From Paraspadella gotoi (lineage: Eukaryota > Animalia > Chaetognatha), in NCBI GenBank assembly GCA_051294375.1, contig CM119265.1, positions 25,320,297 to 25,384,296 of the forward strand: a stretch of 64,000 bases of DNA, written 5' to 3'. Each line of letters starts with the position of its first letter. The stretch's first letter is position 1. Position numbers and translations under genes: made by a program. The notes beneath the pieces are model-generated. The model worked only from the letters and a program-made list of their open reading frames with translations. It made no database searches and was not told where the DNA came from. Below are positions 52,445-64,000 of this stretch, piece after piece.

Positions 52445-52790
52445 ATGTTTCTGTTTCTGGCTCTCTCTCTCTCTTTCTCCCTTTCACCATTTAATTTCTT
52501 TTCACAATCAAACTCAATCTTTCCTCATCTTAACCTGTCCTCACATCTGACCACTATTCTTATTCTCATCTCTGTGTTGGAAACTTTGCCCTCTCTCTCT
52601 TATTTTTCTCTTTTTCTCTCTCTCTCTCTTCTTTTTTTTGCACAAAATAATTTCAAAATTCACAAAAACAATTTGTTAACGCTGAAGAAGGCTTGTATGT
52701 AAGCCGAAACATGTACGTTTTTTACAAATAAAGTCGTTGTAGAAAAATATTAAAAACGTCTTCCAATACGCAACCACAACAAAAAGAAAG
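52445..52790 (+). mobile_element. Diverged solo Penelope pLTR
   Basis: CTTTCACCATTT..ACCTGTCCTC.CATCTG.CCACT..TGTTGGAAACT matches 10150-10260 and is followed by a hammerhead and AAATAAA.TCGTTGTA. Confidence 0.75.
52678..52719 (+). ncRNA. Minimal type I hammerhead ribozyme
   Basis: AACG-CTGAAGA-AGGCTT..AAGCC-GAAA-CATGTA-CGTT: intact core, stems I and II pair. Confidence 0.85.
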
Positions 52791-53544
52791 GAAATTCACA
52801 ATGAAATATCTATATTAGTCTAATAATATTTATATGCTTAATTTTCAATTGTGATAACAAATATCAAATAAAGAAAAAAAGTATAAAAAATAAAAAGCCT
52901 TCGAGTTCGACCAAAGCTTTTCTTGATCGCCGGTCAATTTAAGAGCAAATTAATGACGCGAAATACTGCGCTCTGATTGGTCAATCGGATCTCATGGAGA
53001 AAGGAGAATCCATTTCGCCAGAATCTTCCGATCGGAGCACTGGATTCTCAAATCCGAGTTTGTGTTTATACGAATAATGTATATTATAAAAAAAGGCATT
53101 TGATTTTTAAATTCATGAAATTTACACTTGATAAAGTATAGGAAAATTCGAGAGGTAGAGCTTAATTCGCTAATCGATCCAGCTTGTACAGCTGCCTTCC
53201 AGCGGCTGTCCAGCTGTCTCTCTCTTTAATCTGTCTCTCTCTTTCTCTTTCTGTCTCTCTCTGTCTCTCTTTCTCTCTCTGTCTCTCTCTCTCTCTCTCT
53301 TTCTCTGTATGATCTCTTGCGTGATAGTTTTTTGAAAAATTTAGATTATTTTTTTCCTTTTAAAAACTTATATTATCGCCATTTATTCCGCGCTTTTTTC
53401 TCAATGCAAAATCCCAAATTTACATCCGAGATTTTCGTGGATTTATTCTTTCTCTCTCTCTTTCTTTATCTCTCTCACTCTCTCTCTTTCTCTCTCTCTT
53501 TCACTCATACACGCATTTGTTTTTTTTATTTATGATTCTTTGCG

Positions 53545-53745
53545 TCAATGAATGACTATCATAGCATCAATGAATAACTATCATCGTATCAATGAATGAT
53601 TATCATCACATCAATGAATGACTATCATCGCATCAATCATTTGGTTATTATCACATCAATCATTTGGTTATCATCACATTGATCATTTGGTTATCATCGC
53701 ATCATTTATTGGTTATCATCGTATCAATATTTGGTTATCATCGCA
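53545..53745. repeat. ~22-bp minisatellite (ATCAATGAATGACTATCATCGC-like)
   Basis: About 9 tandem copies. Confidence 0.8.
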
Positions 53746-55938
53746 TAATTAATTAACTGATCAGTTCTGGCATTGTGAGCCCAAACTTGTTTGTTTTTTC
53801 ATCTTTTCATTATGACAAAAGAAATGACAACCATGATGATGATGATGACGACGAGGATAACACCGTCATAATTAATTGAATGATTGATTGATCAATTAAA
53901 TTAAATTCATATCAGGCCTGTTAGTTTTTAGGTCTTTTTGTCAGGTCACTGACCAGGACAAAAGCAACAATGACGTTGGAGATGATGACAATGATAACAC
54001 TGACATTGTTTAATTGATGGATTAATTGATTTATTAATTAATTAATTGGTTCTTTTAATAATTTATTGATAAATAAATTTATTAATTAGTTGATTGATAA
54101 ATTAATTGATTAATTAATTGATTGATTGATAAAAAAATTTATTCATTAATTTTTTGATTGATTAGTTGATTAGTTAATTGATTGATTGATTAAATAATTG
54201 ATTAATTGAATAATTAATGCAGGTTGTATTTACATTTAATAAAAAAGAAAAAAGCAAATAAGGAAACATGTTTTTTGTTTTTTTCATTTAAACTCCACTT
54301 GAACGATTCTTACAATCTTACAAATCTTATAATTTTTCATAGTAAAAATTTCACTTATTATTTGTTAACAAAAAGATTGTTTAAAATTATTCTATCAATG
54401 AACTACATGTCTAAAGAGAATATTATTATAAATAATAACAAATCAGTCAAGTGTAAAATTTTTAAAGGAAGGAAGCGATGTGCACTCGAAACCGAAAGCG
54501 ATCCGGGCTAAAAAAGTAAGGATTGCACCCGAAAACGGGAGCGGGAAGGGTCTTGGGAAGCGCCGGAAAAATCGATCGCTTCCACATCTCTGCACGTGAC
54601 CAATATTAACCAATCACAGATCGCGATTGGCTATTTTTTTATAAATTTAAAAAAAGGCGTGTGATCCCGAATATTTTTTAATCAATTGCTGTTGTGAAAG
54701 CAAAGAAAACTAAAAAAGGCAAAAGAAATACCGAGAGGTAAAATATTTTGAAAAAAAAATACGTCAGAGATCCGCCTTATTGAACAGTATATAAAGTTTT
54801 GATGGAGTCAAGGAGTGGAAATGAATTTGAATGAAAAAAACCAAAGTCAAGTTGACTTTAATTTTTATTATTTATGCTTACTCATAATTTTTTTAATTAA
54901 TTAAATAATTAATAAATTGATTAATTAATTAAATTGAAAAATGATGCATCATTTTTTCAACTTGCATCATTTTTTTAACTTGCATCATTTTTTCAAATTG
55001 CAAGTTGAAAAAATGATGCAAGTTGAAAAAATAATAATAGTTAAAAAAATTATTTCTTTTTACCATAGTAACAGTTCAGTTTAATTCCTTGCAACCGATT
55101 TACATGTATTGGTGCACCCACTGGTTTGGTCTCTGACAATCTATTATGATCAGTTAAAAATAACAAATTGAAAGAATTATCGTCATTTATCATCTGATCA
55201 TGTTTTAAATATTCTCAAGCAAAATAGTGACATACAAAATTACTTATTTTATTTAAAAAAAAACTTTTCTTAATTTAGGTAATTTGAATGAGACTTTGCT
55301 CTGTTAATCAGGTAAAATGTTATTACCTCTGTTTACCATATTCGCATTTTCCGAACCACATAACACACTGGCCCTATCAGAATTTAAATTAAAAAAAATA
55401 TCATGTCTGTATTCCAAAAAATTATTGTAATGATATTACAAAATATATATATTTTTTAAAACCTTGAACGTACCGAGTCCATTCTTTTTTCATGTTGAAC
55501 TCCTTTGCTCAAAAACCTTTGAAGATACTCTTTTTTCAAATCTTTTTCAGTTAGTCCCTAGTTTAAACGATTGAGTTAAAGAACAACATTATACAATGTA
55601 TAATATACATTGATCTTTATCAAAATAAAAAATATATAACAGACAAGAAGATTTTTTTTCTTACATTTTTTTCCGCTAAAGAAAAGGCGATCATGGCGAC
55701 CAAAAGAATCCAAACGAATTTATTCATTTTGTCTTGTAAAATTGAAATAAAAAAATAAATGAAAAAATAAATGAAAAAATTGAAATAAAAAAATAAATGA
55801 AAAAATAAATGAAAAAAACAAAAAAAAAACAGTAAAGCAAATTTCTAACAACTTGAAATACAATACTTGTTTTTGTTTTGTTTCCTTTGAAATTAGAATT
55901 AAGTGAAATCGTTTGTTTTGCTTAAAGACAACGAATTT

Positions 55939-56169
55939 GTTTTTAGTCAGATCTGCTTATTAGAAGATCCCGACTCTATAATTCACTTTGTCGGTCCGTC
56001 GGTCCGCCCCCTAAATATTGTCGGGCATTAACTTATATCATCTCAGAACATCAAATTATAATAAATTATACAAAAAAATGATGTCCATCTGTCCGTCTAT
56101 CTGTCCGTCTGTCCGTCCCACCTCGGCAAAAAAGTCCAATTACTCGTGAGCTGGATATGAAGTTTCGAT
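55939..56169 (+). mobile_element. 5' portion of HINE family 1
   Basis: Collinear with 47677-47900. Confidence 0.8.
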
Positions 56170-56591
56170 TAGTGTTCCGATAACCGTTAACTGTTAACGG
56201 TTATTAACGGTTAAAATTTTTTTAACTTAACCGTTAATATATTTATTTTAACGGTTAAATTCGGTTAATTTTCAAATGTGATTTTTTTCATTTTTTGGTA
56301 TGAAATCTTTAAATTTAAAAAAAAATATTTTTTTCCTGTTTTCTCTTATTCTCCTCTCCCCTTCTCACCATATTTTTACCCCTCTCTCTCTTCTCCACTT
56401 TTTTTCTGCTTTTTTCTTTTGTTATTTTTTATTTTTTCTCTTCCCCTTTATTTATCTCCTACTGTTCCTTTCTTTTTCTTTCTCACTTCCCCTTTTTCTT
56501 TCCCCCTTTCTTTTTCTCCTTTTTTTGCCCTAAGTTGTAGTTCATTCAAATAGCGATGTCGCCGGCGATTCACGCAAGAGTCGCACGGTGT

Positions 56592-58898
56592 GGTTCTAGT
56601 TGGTTGGCGACTTCGCCATGGCGATATCGCCAGGGCTTTGGCGATGTCGCCAGTCCCCCCACTGGCGACCTCGCCAGTGATAAAAGTAGCGAATATAATG
56701 AAAAGCGCAGCTAACACGGGGATGAGCATCACCTTCAGGCTCCTTCCCAACCTAACCTAACCAAACCTCCCGTTCAACTCTGTGCCTCTCCCCTAACCCT
56801 AACCCGGGCCTGGGCCTCCCGTACATCTCCATGCCTCAACCCTAACCCTAACCGCCTTTGATGCATCAACCACGGCCCCTCCCCAACCCTAACCCTAAAC
56901 CAAGCCTTCCGTTCAACTCTGTGCCTCTCCCCTAACCCTAACCCAGGCTCAGCCTCCCGTACATCTCCGTGCCTCAACCCTAACCCTAACCGCTTCGATG
57001 CATCAACCACGGGCCCTCCCCCAACCCTAACCCTAAACTAAGCCTCCGTTCAACTCCATGCCTCTCCCCTAACCCTAACCCAGGCCCAGCCTCCCGTACA
57101 TCTCCGTGCCTCAACCTAACCCTAACCGCTTCGATGCATCAACCATGGGTCCCTCCCGCAACCCTAACCCTAAACCAAGCCTCCCGTTCAACTCCATGCC
57201 TCTCCCTAACCCTAAACCAGGCCCGGCCTCCCGTACATCTCCGTACCTCAACCCTAACCCTAATTGCCTTCGATATATAACCCACGGGCCTCTCTCCCAA
57301 CCCTAACCCTAAACCGGGCCCAGGCCTCCGTACATCTCCGTACCTCAACCCTAACCCTAATTGCCTTCGATATATAACCCACGGGCCTCTCTCCCAACCC
57401 TAACCCTAAACCGGGCCCAGGCCTCCCGTACATCTCCGTGCCTCAACCCTAACCCTAACGCGGGCCTCTTGGTCATCAACAACACCCTCCCTACCCCTAT
57501 CCTAAAATTGACATTAATAATAAGCCTAAAATAAACTTAACTTAACTCAACCCTAACCCTAACCCTAAACTACTCAACCCTAACCTAAACTACTCAACCC
57601 TAACCCTAACTACTACCAACTCAACCTAACCCTAAACCAACTCAACCCTAACCCTAATCTGAGTTAGTTTAGGCGAAATCGCCATAACTAGAACGCTAGA
57701 TGTAGTTCACAGCTAAACCGCCAAATGGCGAGGGCGTCATGGCTAAGTCGCGATTTGGCGATTTCGCACTGAACTACATCTAGCGTTCTAGTTATGGCGA
57801 TTTCGCCTAAACTAAACTCAGATTAGGGTTAGGGTTGAGTTGGTTTAGGGTTAGGGTTGAGTTGGTAGTAGTTAGGGTTAGGGTTGAGTAGTTTAGGGTT
57901 AGGGTTGAGTAGTTTAGGGTTAGGGTTAGGGTTGAGTTAAGTTAAGTTTATTTTAGGCTTATTATTAATGTCAATTTTAGGGATAGGGGTAGGGAGGGTG
58001 TTGTTGATGACCAAGAGGCCCGCGTTAGGGGTTAGGGTTGAGGCACGGAGATGTACGGGAGGCCTGGGCCGGTTTAGGGTTAGGTTGGGAGAGAGGCCCG
58101 TGGGTTATATATCGAAGGCAATTAGGGTTTAGGGTTGAGGTACGGAGATGTACGGGAGGCCTGGGCCCGGTTTAGGGTTAGGGTTGGAGAGAGGCCCGTG
58201 GGTTATATATCGAAGGCAATTAGGGTTAGGGTTGAGGTACGGAGATGTACGGGAGGCCGGGCCTGGTTTAGGGTTAGGGGAGAGGCATGGAGTTGAACGG
58301 GAGGCTTGGTTTAGGGTTAGGGTTGCGGGAGGGACCCATGGTTGATGCATCGAAGGCGGTTAGGGTTAGGGTTGAGGCACGGAGATGTACGGGAGGCTGG
58401 GCCTGGGTTAGGGTTAGGGAGAGGCATGGAGTTGAACGGGAGGCTTAGTTTAGGGTTAGGGTTGGGGAGGGGCCCGTGGTTGATGCATCGAAGGCGGTTA
58501 GGGTTAGGGTTGAGGCACGGAGATGTACGGGAGGCTGAGCCTGGGTTAGGGTTAGGGGAGAGGCACAGAGTTGAACGGAAGGCTTGGTTTAGGGTTAGGG
58601 TTGGGGGAGGGGCCCGTGGTTGATGCATCAAAGGCGGTTAGGGTTAGGGTTGAGGCATGGAGATGTACGGGAGGCCCAGGCCGGTTAGGGTTAGGGGAGA
58701 GGCACAGAGTTGAACGGGAGGTTTGGTTTAGGGTTAGGGTTGGGAGAGGAGCCTGAAGGTGATGCTCATCCCGTGTTAGCTGCGGCTTTTCATTATATTC
58801 GCTACTTTTATCACTGGGCGAGGTCGCCAGTGGGGGACTGGCGACATCGCCAAAGCCCTGGCGATATCGCCATGGCGAAGTCGCCACCAACTAGAACC
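56592..58898. mobile_element. 2.3-kb palindrome: inverted dimer of a TIR-bounded, telomere-repeat-containing element
   Basis: 56592-57709 is the reverse complement of 57770-58898 apart from small indels; CCCTAA units on the left, TTAGGG on the right; GGCGA-NN-TCGCC boxes at the ends and centre. Confidence 0.9.
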
Positions 58899-59517
58899 TT
58901 TGATTTTACCTTTTTCTTTTTTTGCCCTTTCATGCAATAATATATTTTTATATTGGTTGTACCAATTTCATATATTAAATTTAGCTAAAAATAAATAATC
59001 CTCTTATTTTACTTTTTCTCTCTTTTTCTTTCCTTCTTTAAAACGATCAAAGAAGCAAATGAATAAAAAAATTAATAAAAAACCAAATAAAAAAATTATT
59101 TTAAAAAATTTAAAATTAATAATAGAAGGAACGAATCTTAAAAAAGACATATAAAAAAGAATAATGATGATATACTTTTTAATTAAACTGAAAAATATAT
59201 TTATTCATCAATAAATATTTTGATCAATCGATAAATCAACTAGTCTATCAATGAATTAAAATTCATATTTATATTTATGGTCAATGACCATTGGTCATAG
59301 TTTATGAAAGACTAATAACAGAAAACAAGCGTTTAAGGAACTAACAACTACAAAAATAATGAGGAAGAGAAGAAGTAGAGAAAGAAAAAGAGAAAGCAAA
59401 GAGAGAAAGAGAAAACAAAATATAGAATTAGAATTTGATGGTATCCTTTCGTTTCGTGTGTTATGAGATTAGCAAAAATATTTGTTTTGTTACAACAACA
59501 ATATAATTTGACATAAA

Positions 59518-59560
59518 AAACAGACATGTTTCGACTCTGTTTCAAGTCTTTAGCAGCGCA
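59518..59560 (-). ncRNA. Degenerate hammerhead ribozyme remnant
   Basis: Minus strand CTGCTAA-AGACT..AGTC-GAAA-CATGTC; CUGAUGA box is mutated. Confidence 0.55.
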
Positions 59561-60071
59561 TTAAAGAGCCAGAGTTAAAGAGAAAATACCATTAAATACT
59601 TTAGTTTGTTTTAAATCTTAATATTTTAAATTTAAAAGTTAGATTATAAAATTAACCGATCTTAACGGTTAACCGTTAAAAATGTTAGTTTTAACGGTTA
59701 AGCGAATTTCCTAAAAAAAATTAACGGTTATCGGAACTCTAATTCTACAGTTAGCCCATGTTAAAACATTCTTTCGGACGGCCGACGCCTGGAACGCTCG
59801 ACCCAGCGGGCATAGAAAATCTTAAACAATTTTCTGCAAATAAGGAATATCGCAAGTCTGATGGAGACGTTGTTGTTCTTTTTTGTTGTTGTTGTTATCT
59901 TTGTCGATGTAGTTGTCGTTGTTATCGTTGTTGTCAATTTTTCACTTCTTTCTTCCTTAATGATTTTACGGATGAATGTCTCACCTGACAGAAGGAATGA
60001 TGCAGATAAAAAGAAAGAAAGTGGGAAATAAGTATTTGTGCTTGATTAAAGAGAGAGAGAGAGAGAGAAAA

Positions 60072-60122
<51 letters not shown>

Positions 60123-60131
60123 TAAGAAAAA

Positions 60132-60187
<56 letters not shown>

Positions 60188-60729
60188 AAAAAGAGAGAAA
60201 GAAAGAAAGAAAGAAAGAGAGAAAGAAAGAAGGAAAGAAAGAAAAAAGAGAGAAAGAAAGAGAGAAAGAAAGAAAGAAGAGAGATAGAGAGACCTTTGAT
60301 CTTTGGCGACGATTCGGTTCAGGGAGATAAACTTTAGGTCACGTGACAAAAGTGTTGAGACAGTGACACGTGAGGTGATGATGGGTCAGACTCATAGATG
60401 TTGAATCAAATGAGAAAAACTTATTAAATTGATAAAAATCTGTGCTATTATTTTGATACAGATATTTACTGACTTATTGGTTACTGGTTATTTTAATTCA
60501 AGTGATTTGATGAAAAGAGTGTGTGAAAGTGATAAATTGGTGAGATGATATGAATTTCATTACGATGACATAATAAATAAAGAGTGACCTGATTCATCCA
60601 GTTTTTATCAGTAATGAAATGAAAAAAAAATCTATAGTAATAAGCGATGATAATGGTGAGTAGAGGAATCTAGACTGAGTTGACAAATATATGATGAAGA
60701 GAAACATGTATGTAAATTACAATGTAACA

Positions 60730-60975
60730 AACCCACGGTGAATCCGCAACGAGGTGATAAATCTAGGTTTAGGTGAAAAATCCACAACGAGGCCACAACA
60801 TGGTCAGTTGATAAATCCAGCATGAGGTGATATATCCAGGGTGACGGTGAGGTAATAAATCCACGGTGAGCTGATAAAGCCACGGTGAGGTTATGAACCC
60901 ACGGTGAGGTGATAAATCCACGACGAGGTGATAAATCCACGACGAGGTGATAAATCCACCACGAAGTGATATCCA
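60730..60975. repeat. ~19-bp minisatellite (CCACGGTGAGGTGATAAAT)
   Basis: About 11 diverged tandem copies. Confidence 0.85.
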
Positions 60976-61059
60976 TTATGGAAAAAATGGGGAAAAAAGG
61001 AAAACGATAACGACTCAAACTTTGGAAGAAAAAATCTGAGTTCATAAAAAAGTGACGAG

Positions 61060-61362
61060 AATGGGAAAGGGATGAAGTGGGATGGGAAAGGGATTAAGTG
61101 GGATGGGAAAGGGATGGAGTGGGATGGGAAAGGAACTGGGTGGATGGGAAAGGGATGGAGGGGATGGGAAAGAATGGAGTGGGATGGGAAAGGAATGGAG
61201 TATGGATGGAAAGGGATGGAGTGGGATGGGAAAGGAATGGAGTGGATGGGAAAGGAATGGAGTGGGGATGGAAAGGAGATGGAGTGGGATGGGAAAGGAA
61301 TGGAGTGGGATGGGAGGAAGGGTAAAGTTATGGGATTGAGATGGAAAGGATGGGAAAGGGAA
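61060..61362. repeat. Purine-rich ~20-bp minisatellite (GGAATGGAGTGGGATGGGAAA)
   Basis: Tandem copies visible directly. Confidence 0.85.
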
Positions 61363-61675
61363 AGCCATATGATAAGTTAAAAATTTTATGGGGTGTATTT
61401 TTTTAATAGTTGGAATGTTATGGACGTGGTGAGATAAAAAGGGATGAAATCGGATAGAATTGGATAAAATGGGATAAAAGAAGTGGGATAAAATGTGTTA
61501 GAATATAAGTGTTATGGATGAGGAAGATTTACGAATCTAGGAACATAAAAGTTATAAAAAAAAAGAAAAGAAAAGAAAGGAAAAAGGTAAGAGAAATAAA
61601 ATTTGGAGGCCAAGAAAAAAAATGGGTGAGAATTGAGTCATTGAGAAAGTGGAATTGAAGAGAGAAGGATTTTGA

Positions 61676-62255
61676 AGATGACGACGACAACGATAGCGAT
61701 GACGACGACGACGAAGACGACGATAGCGATGACGACGACGGAAGACGAAAAACGACGATAGCAATGACGACGACAGCAATGACGATGACGTTGACGATGA
61801 TGACAAAGACGATAGTGATAACCAATTGACGAAGACGATAGCGATGACGACGACGAAGACAATAGCAATGACGACGATGAAGACGAAGACGAAAACGACG
61901 ATAGCAATGACGACGACAGCAATGACGATGACGATGACGATGATGACAAAGACGATAGCGATTACGACGATGAAGACGATAGCGATGATGACGACGAAGA
62001 CGATAGCGATGACGACGATGAAGGCGAAAACGATGATAGCAATGACGACGACAGCAATGACGATGACGATGATGACAAAGACGATAGCGATGACGACGAC
62101 GATAGCGATGACGACGACGACGACGACAGCGATGAGGAAGACGAATACGACGATGACAAAGACGATAGCGATGACTACGATGAAGACGATAGTGATGACG
62201 ACGATGAAAACGACCACGATGGAGATGATGATAACGACGACGATGACGACGAAGA
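61676..62255. repeat. (GAC/GAT)n compound trinucleotide repeat
   Basis: Direct inspection; explains the overlapping low-complexity ORFs. Confidence 0.85.
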
Positions 62256-63261
62256 AATAGAATGTATGTTAGAATAACTTTTTTTTAAATTTTTATTAAT
62301 ACCAAAAACTGTATTAACATAATCAGAATTTTGACGCTAGTTATGTTACTGAATCTCTTGATATAACGAATTCTAAAAATAAAGTCCACGATTTCTCGAT
62401 CTAAATCTAAAAGAAGTAATATTTATTCGTATTTATAGTAGTATTAATAAGATTGGATCATCTAGTCCCTTTCATTCGTCTCAATCTTCATTTTACCAAT
62501 CCTTTTTTTCACTCGGTCACTTTTCTATACAACAACTAACTAATAATCAAATTTTTTTAATCATAATTAATCGACACATCTTTAATTAATTTCTATGACA
62601 TATTTTCACTTTTTTTCCTTTGACTCCGTCGCTTCGCAGATTCACTTTCACTTCACGTGATTATTTTAGCTTCTTTATATCAGGAGAGGAAAGGAAAGGA
62701 AAGGCGGAGGGGAACGCAAATGGGGTCGACTTCATTCTCTCTCCTTTGTCATCATCTCTCATCCTTTGTCATCCTTTTTTTTTGTCTCTCTCAGTTTTCC
62801 GTCATTTTATATTCTAACGTCTTTCGTTATCGACGACATCAAACTCTATCTTTCTTTTTTTGTTGTTGTTGTTGTTTTTGTCTCCATTTTTTGTCCATAT
62901 TTTTGTCCTCTTTTTTTTGGGTCTCTTTCTCTGTTGTCGTTGTTGTTATTGTTATTGTTGTTGTTGTTGTCGTCGTTGTTCCCTTCATCTCAAAATCTGC
63001 TCTTCCCAGCGGAATTTTGCGACTTCGCTTCTAAGCTTGTCGCAGAAATATTTCGCATTATTCACATGTAGTTTTCACTCTGGTGTTTTGTTGTGATTGT
63101 TGTTCACAAAAATTGGTGACTTTATCGTCGGGGTCCTTGTCAGTGTCACGCGTGAATAATTTTCGTCGTCATCCTCGACTGATTCGTTTTTAGTAACATA
63201 AATTATTCGCTTCATCGACGTGTTTGACTTCAATCATCAACATTCAACCCTTATTGGTTAT

Positions 63262-63809
63262 TAAGGCGTAGTAAAATTTCTAAATTTAACTTTAATTAAA
63301 ATTCTAAAAGTGAGGAACGAACAACATTATACTTATGAACATTTATGTAATAAAAAAAATTTTAATAAATTTTACAATTTACGCAGTAGGCAATATTTAT
63401 ACTAGTACTAAACTAATAAATGTTAAAATTTCAAAACAGTTTTTTCTAAGATTTTTTTGCAGATTTGGATTCGTCATAAAAAGTTGTATAAAAAAAATAT
63501 AACTCTTTTTGAAAAATTCCTTCATTAAGTGGGTCAAAAATTTACTTTTTATATATTAAATATAGTTTTTTTAATTTTTAACCCACTTAATGAAAGAATT
63601 TTTAAAAATGATTTATATTTTCTTTTATCAACTTTTGACGAGAAATTCAAATCTGCAATCAAAATTAAGAAAAGCCTATATATAAATATAGCCTACTGCG
63701 AAAATTAAAAAACATAAAATTAATTTTTTTTATAAATTAATGTTCACTGATAGTATGTTGTTCATAATTGACTTTTAGAATTTTCGTATGTAACTTTCAC
63801 TACGCCTTA
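63262..63809 (-). mobile_element. hAT-type MITE, copy 3 (cleanest)
   Basis: Perfect TIR TAAGGCGTAGT / ACTACGCCTTA with an exact 8-bp TSD TTGGTTAT (63254-63261, 63810-63817). Confidence 0.9.
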
Positions 63810-63837
63810 TTGGTTATTGTCCATTTGAAAAGGCCGA

Positions 63838-63912
63838 ACTTACAGGGCGTCACACCCTCAGGGGCGACAGCCACGACATCTTACAGGGCGTCACACCCTC
63901 AAGGGCGACGGC
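63838..63912. repeat. Two ~41-bp tandem copies (CTTACAGGGCGTCACACCCTCA.GGGCGAC)
   Basis: Direct inspection. Confidence 0.7.
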
Positions 63913-64000
63913 AACGACAGCCATGATAATACTAAGCTTGTTCATTTAGTCCAGAACTTTGGATCTGGGAGTAGGCAGTGACTTAACACGTTCTTTGTGA

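Larger units (their letters stand above)
51143..54787. mobile_element. Element (or pair of ends) bounded by ~200-bp inverted repeats
   Basis: CTGTACAGTAAGGCGGATCTCTGACGTA..GATCTGTGATTGG (51143-51348) versus its reverse complement at 54594-54787; no transposase inside. Confidence 0.6.
56170..59741. mobile_element. hAT-like non-autonomous element enclosing the telomeric palindrome
   Basis: TIRs TAGTGTTCCGATAACCGTTAA / TTAACGGTTATCGGAACTCTA with multiple subterminal AACCGTTAA motifs; 8-bp flanks do not match. Confidence 0.6.

Noticed and set aside
56745-58745. CRISPR array
   Set aside because: The repeat is a 12-bp telomeric dimer, the spacers recur, there are no cas genes, and the context is eukaryotic.
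56592-58898. Telomere-telomere fusion scar
   Set aside because: A fusion gives TTAGGG then CCCTAA; the polarity here is reversed and the repeats are interrupted and TIR-bounded.
61529-62260. Long Thr/Met- or Val-rich ORFs
   Set aside because: Products of (GAC/GAT)n repeats; no splice or domain support.

Overview
Repeat-rich, AT-rich eukaryotic (invertebrate metazoan-like) DNA from a noisy, gapped assembly with many single-base indels and N blocks. Most ORF-track hits are microsatellite translations. Real coding signal is limited to an intronless fukutin/LicD-family ORF (minus, ~28.2-28.9 kb) lying in a probable intron of a plus-strand low-complexity gene, a C2H2 zinc-finger fragment, and a frameshifted Penelope-like GIY-YIG endonuclease. 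The main structures are: (1) a 5'-truncated Penelope-like retroelement with inverted pseudo-LTRs, each holding a minimal hammerhead ribozyme, plus a TSD and a 34-nt tail, nested in a foldback MITE, with further hammerheads at 52.7, 59.5 and 47.6 kb; (2) a 2.3-kb near-perfect palindrome made of two TIR-bounded units packed with telomeric CCCTAA/TTAGGG motifs and GGCGA-NN-TCGCC boxes; (3) a hAT-type MITE family with 8-bp TSDs showing presence/absence between two copies of a ~6-7 kb duplicate (probably two haplotypes); (4) Helentron-associated elements, several tRNA-derived SINE families, an LTR+PBS remnant with three covarying hairpins, and many mini/microsatellites. All calls come from reading the sequence by eye; no searches or folding programs were run.
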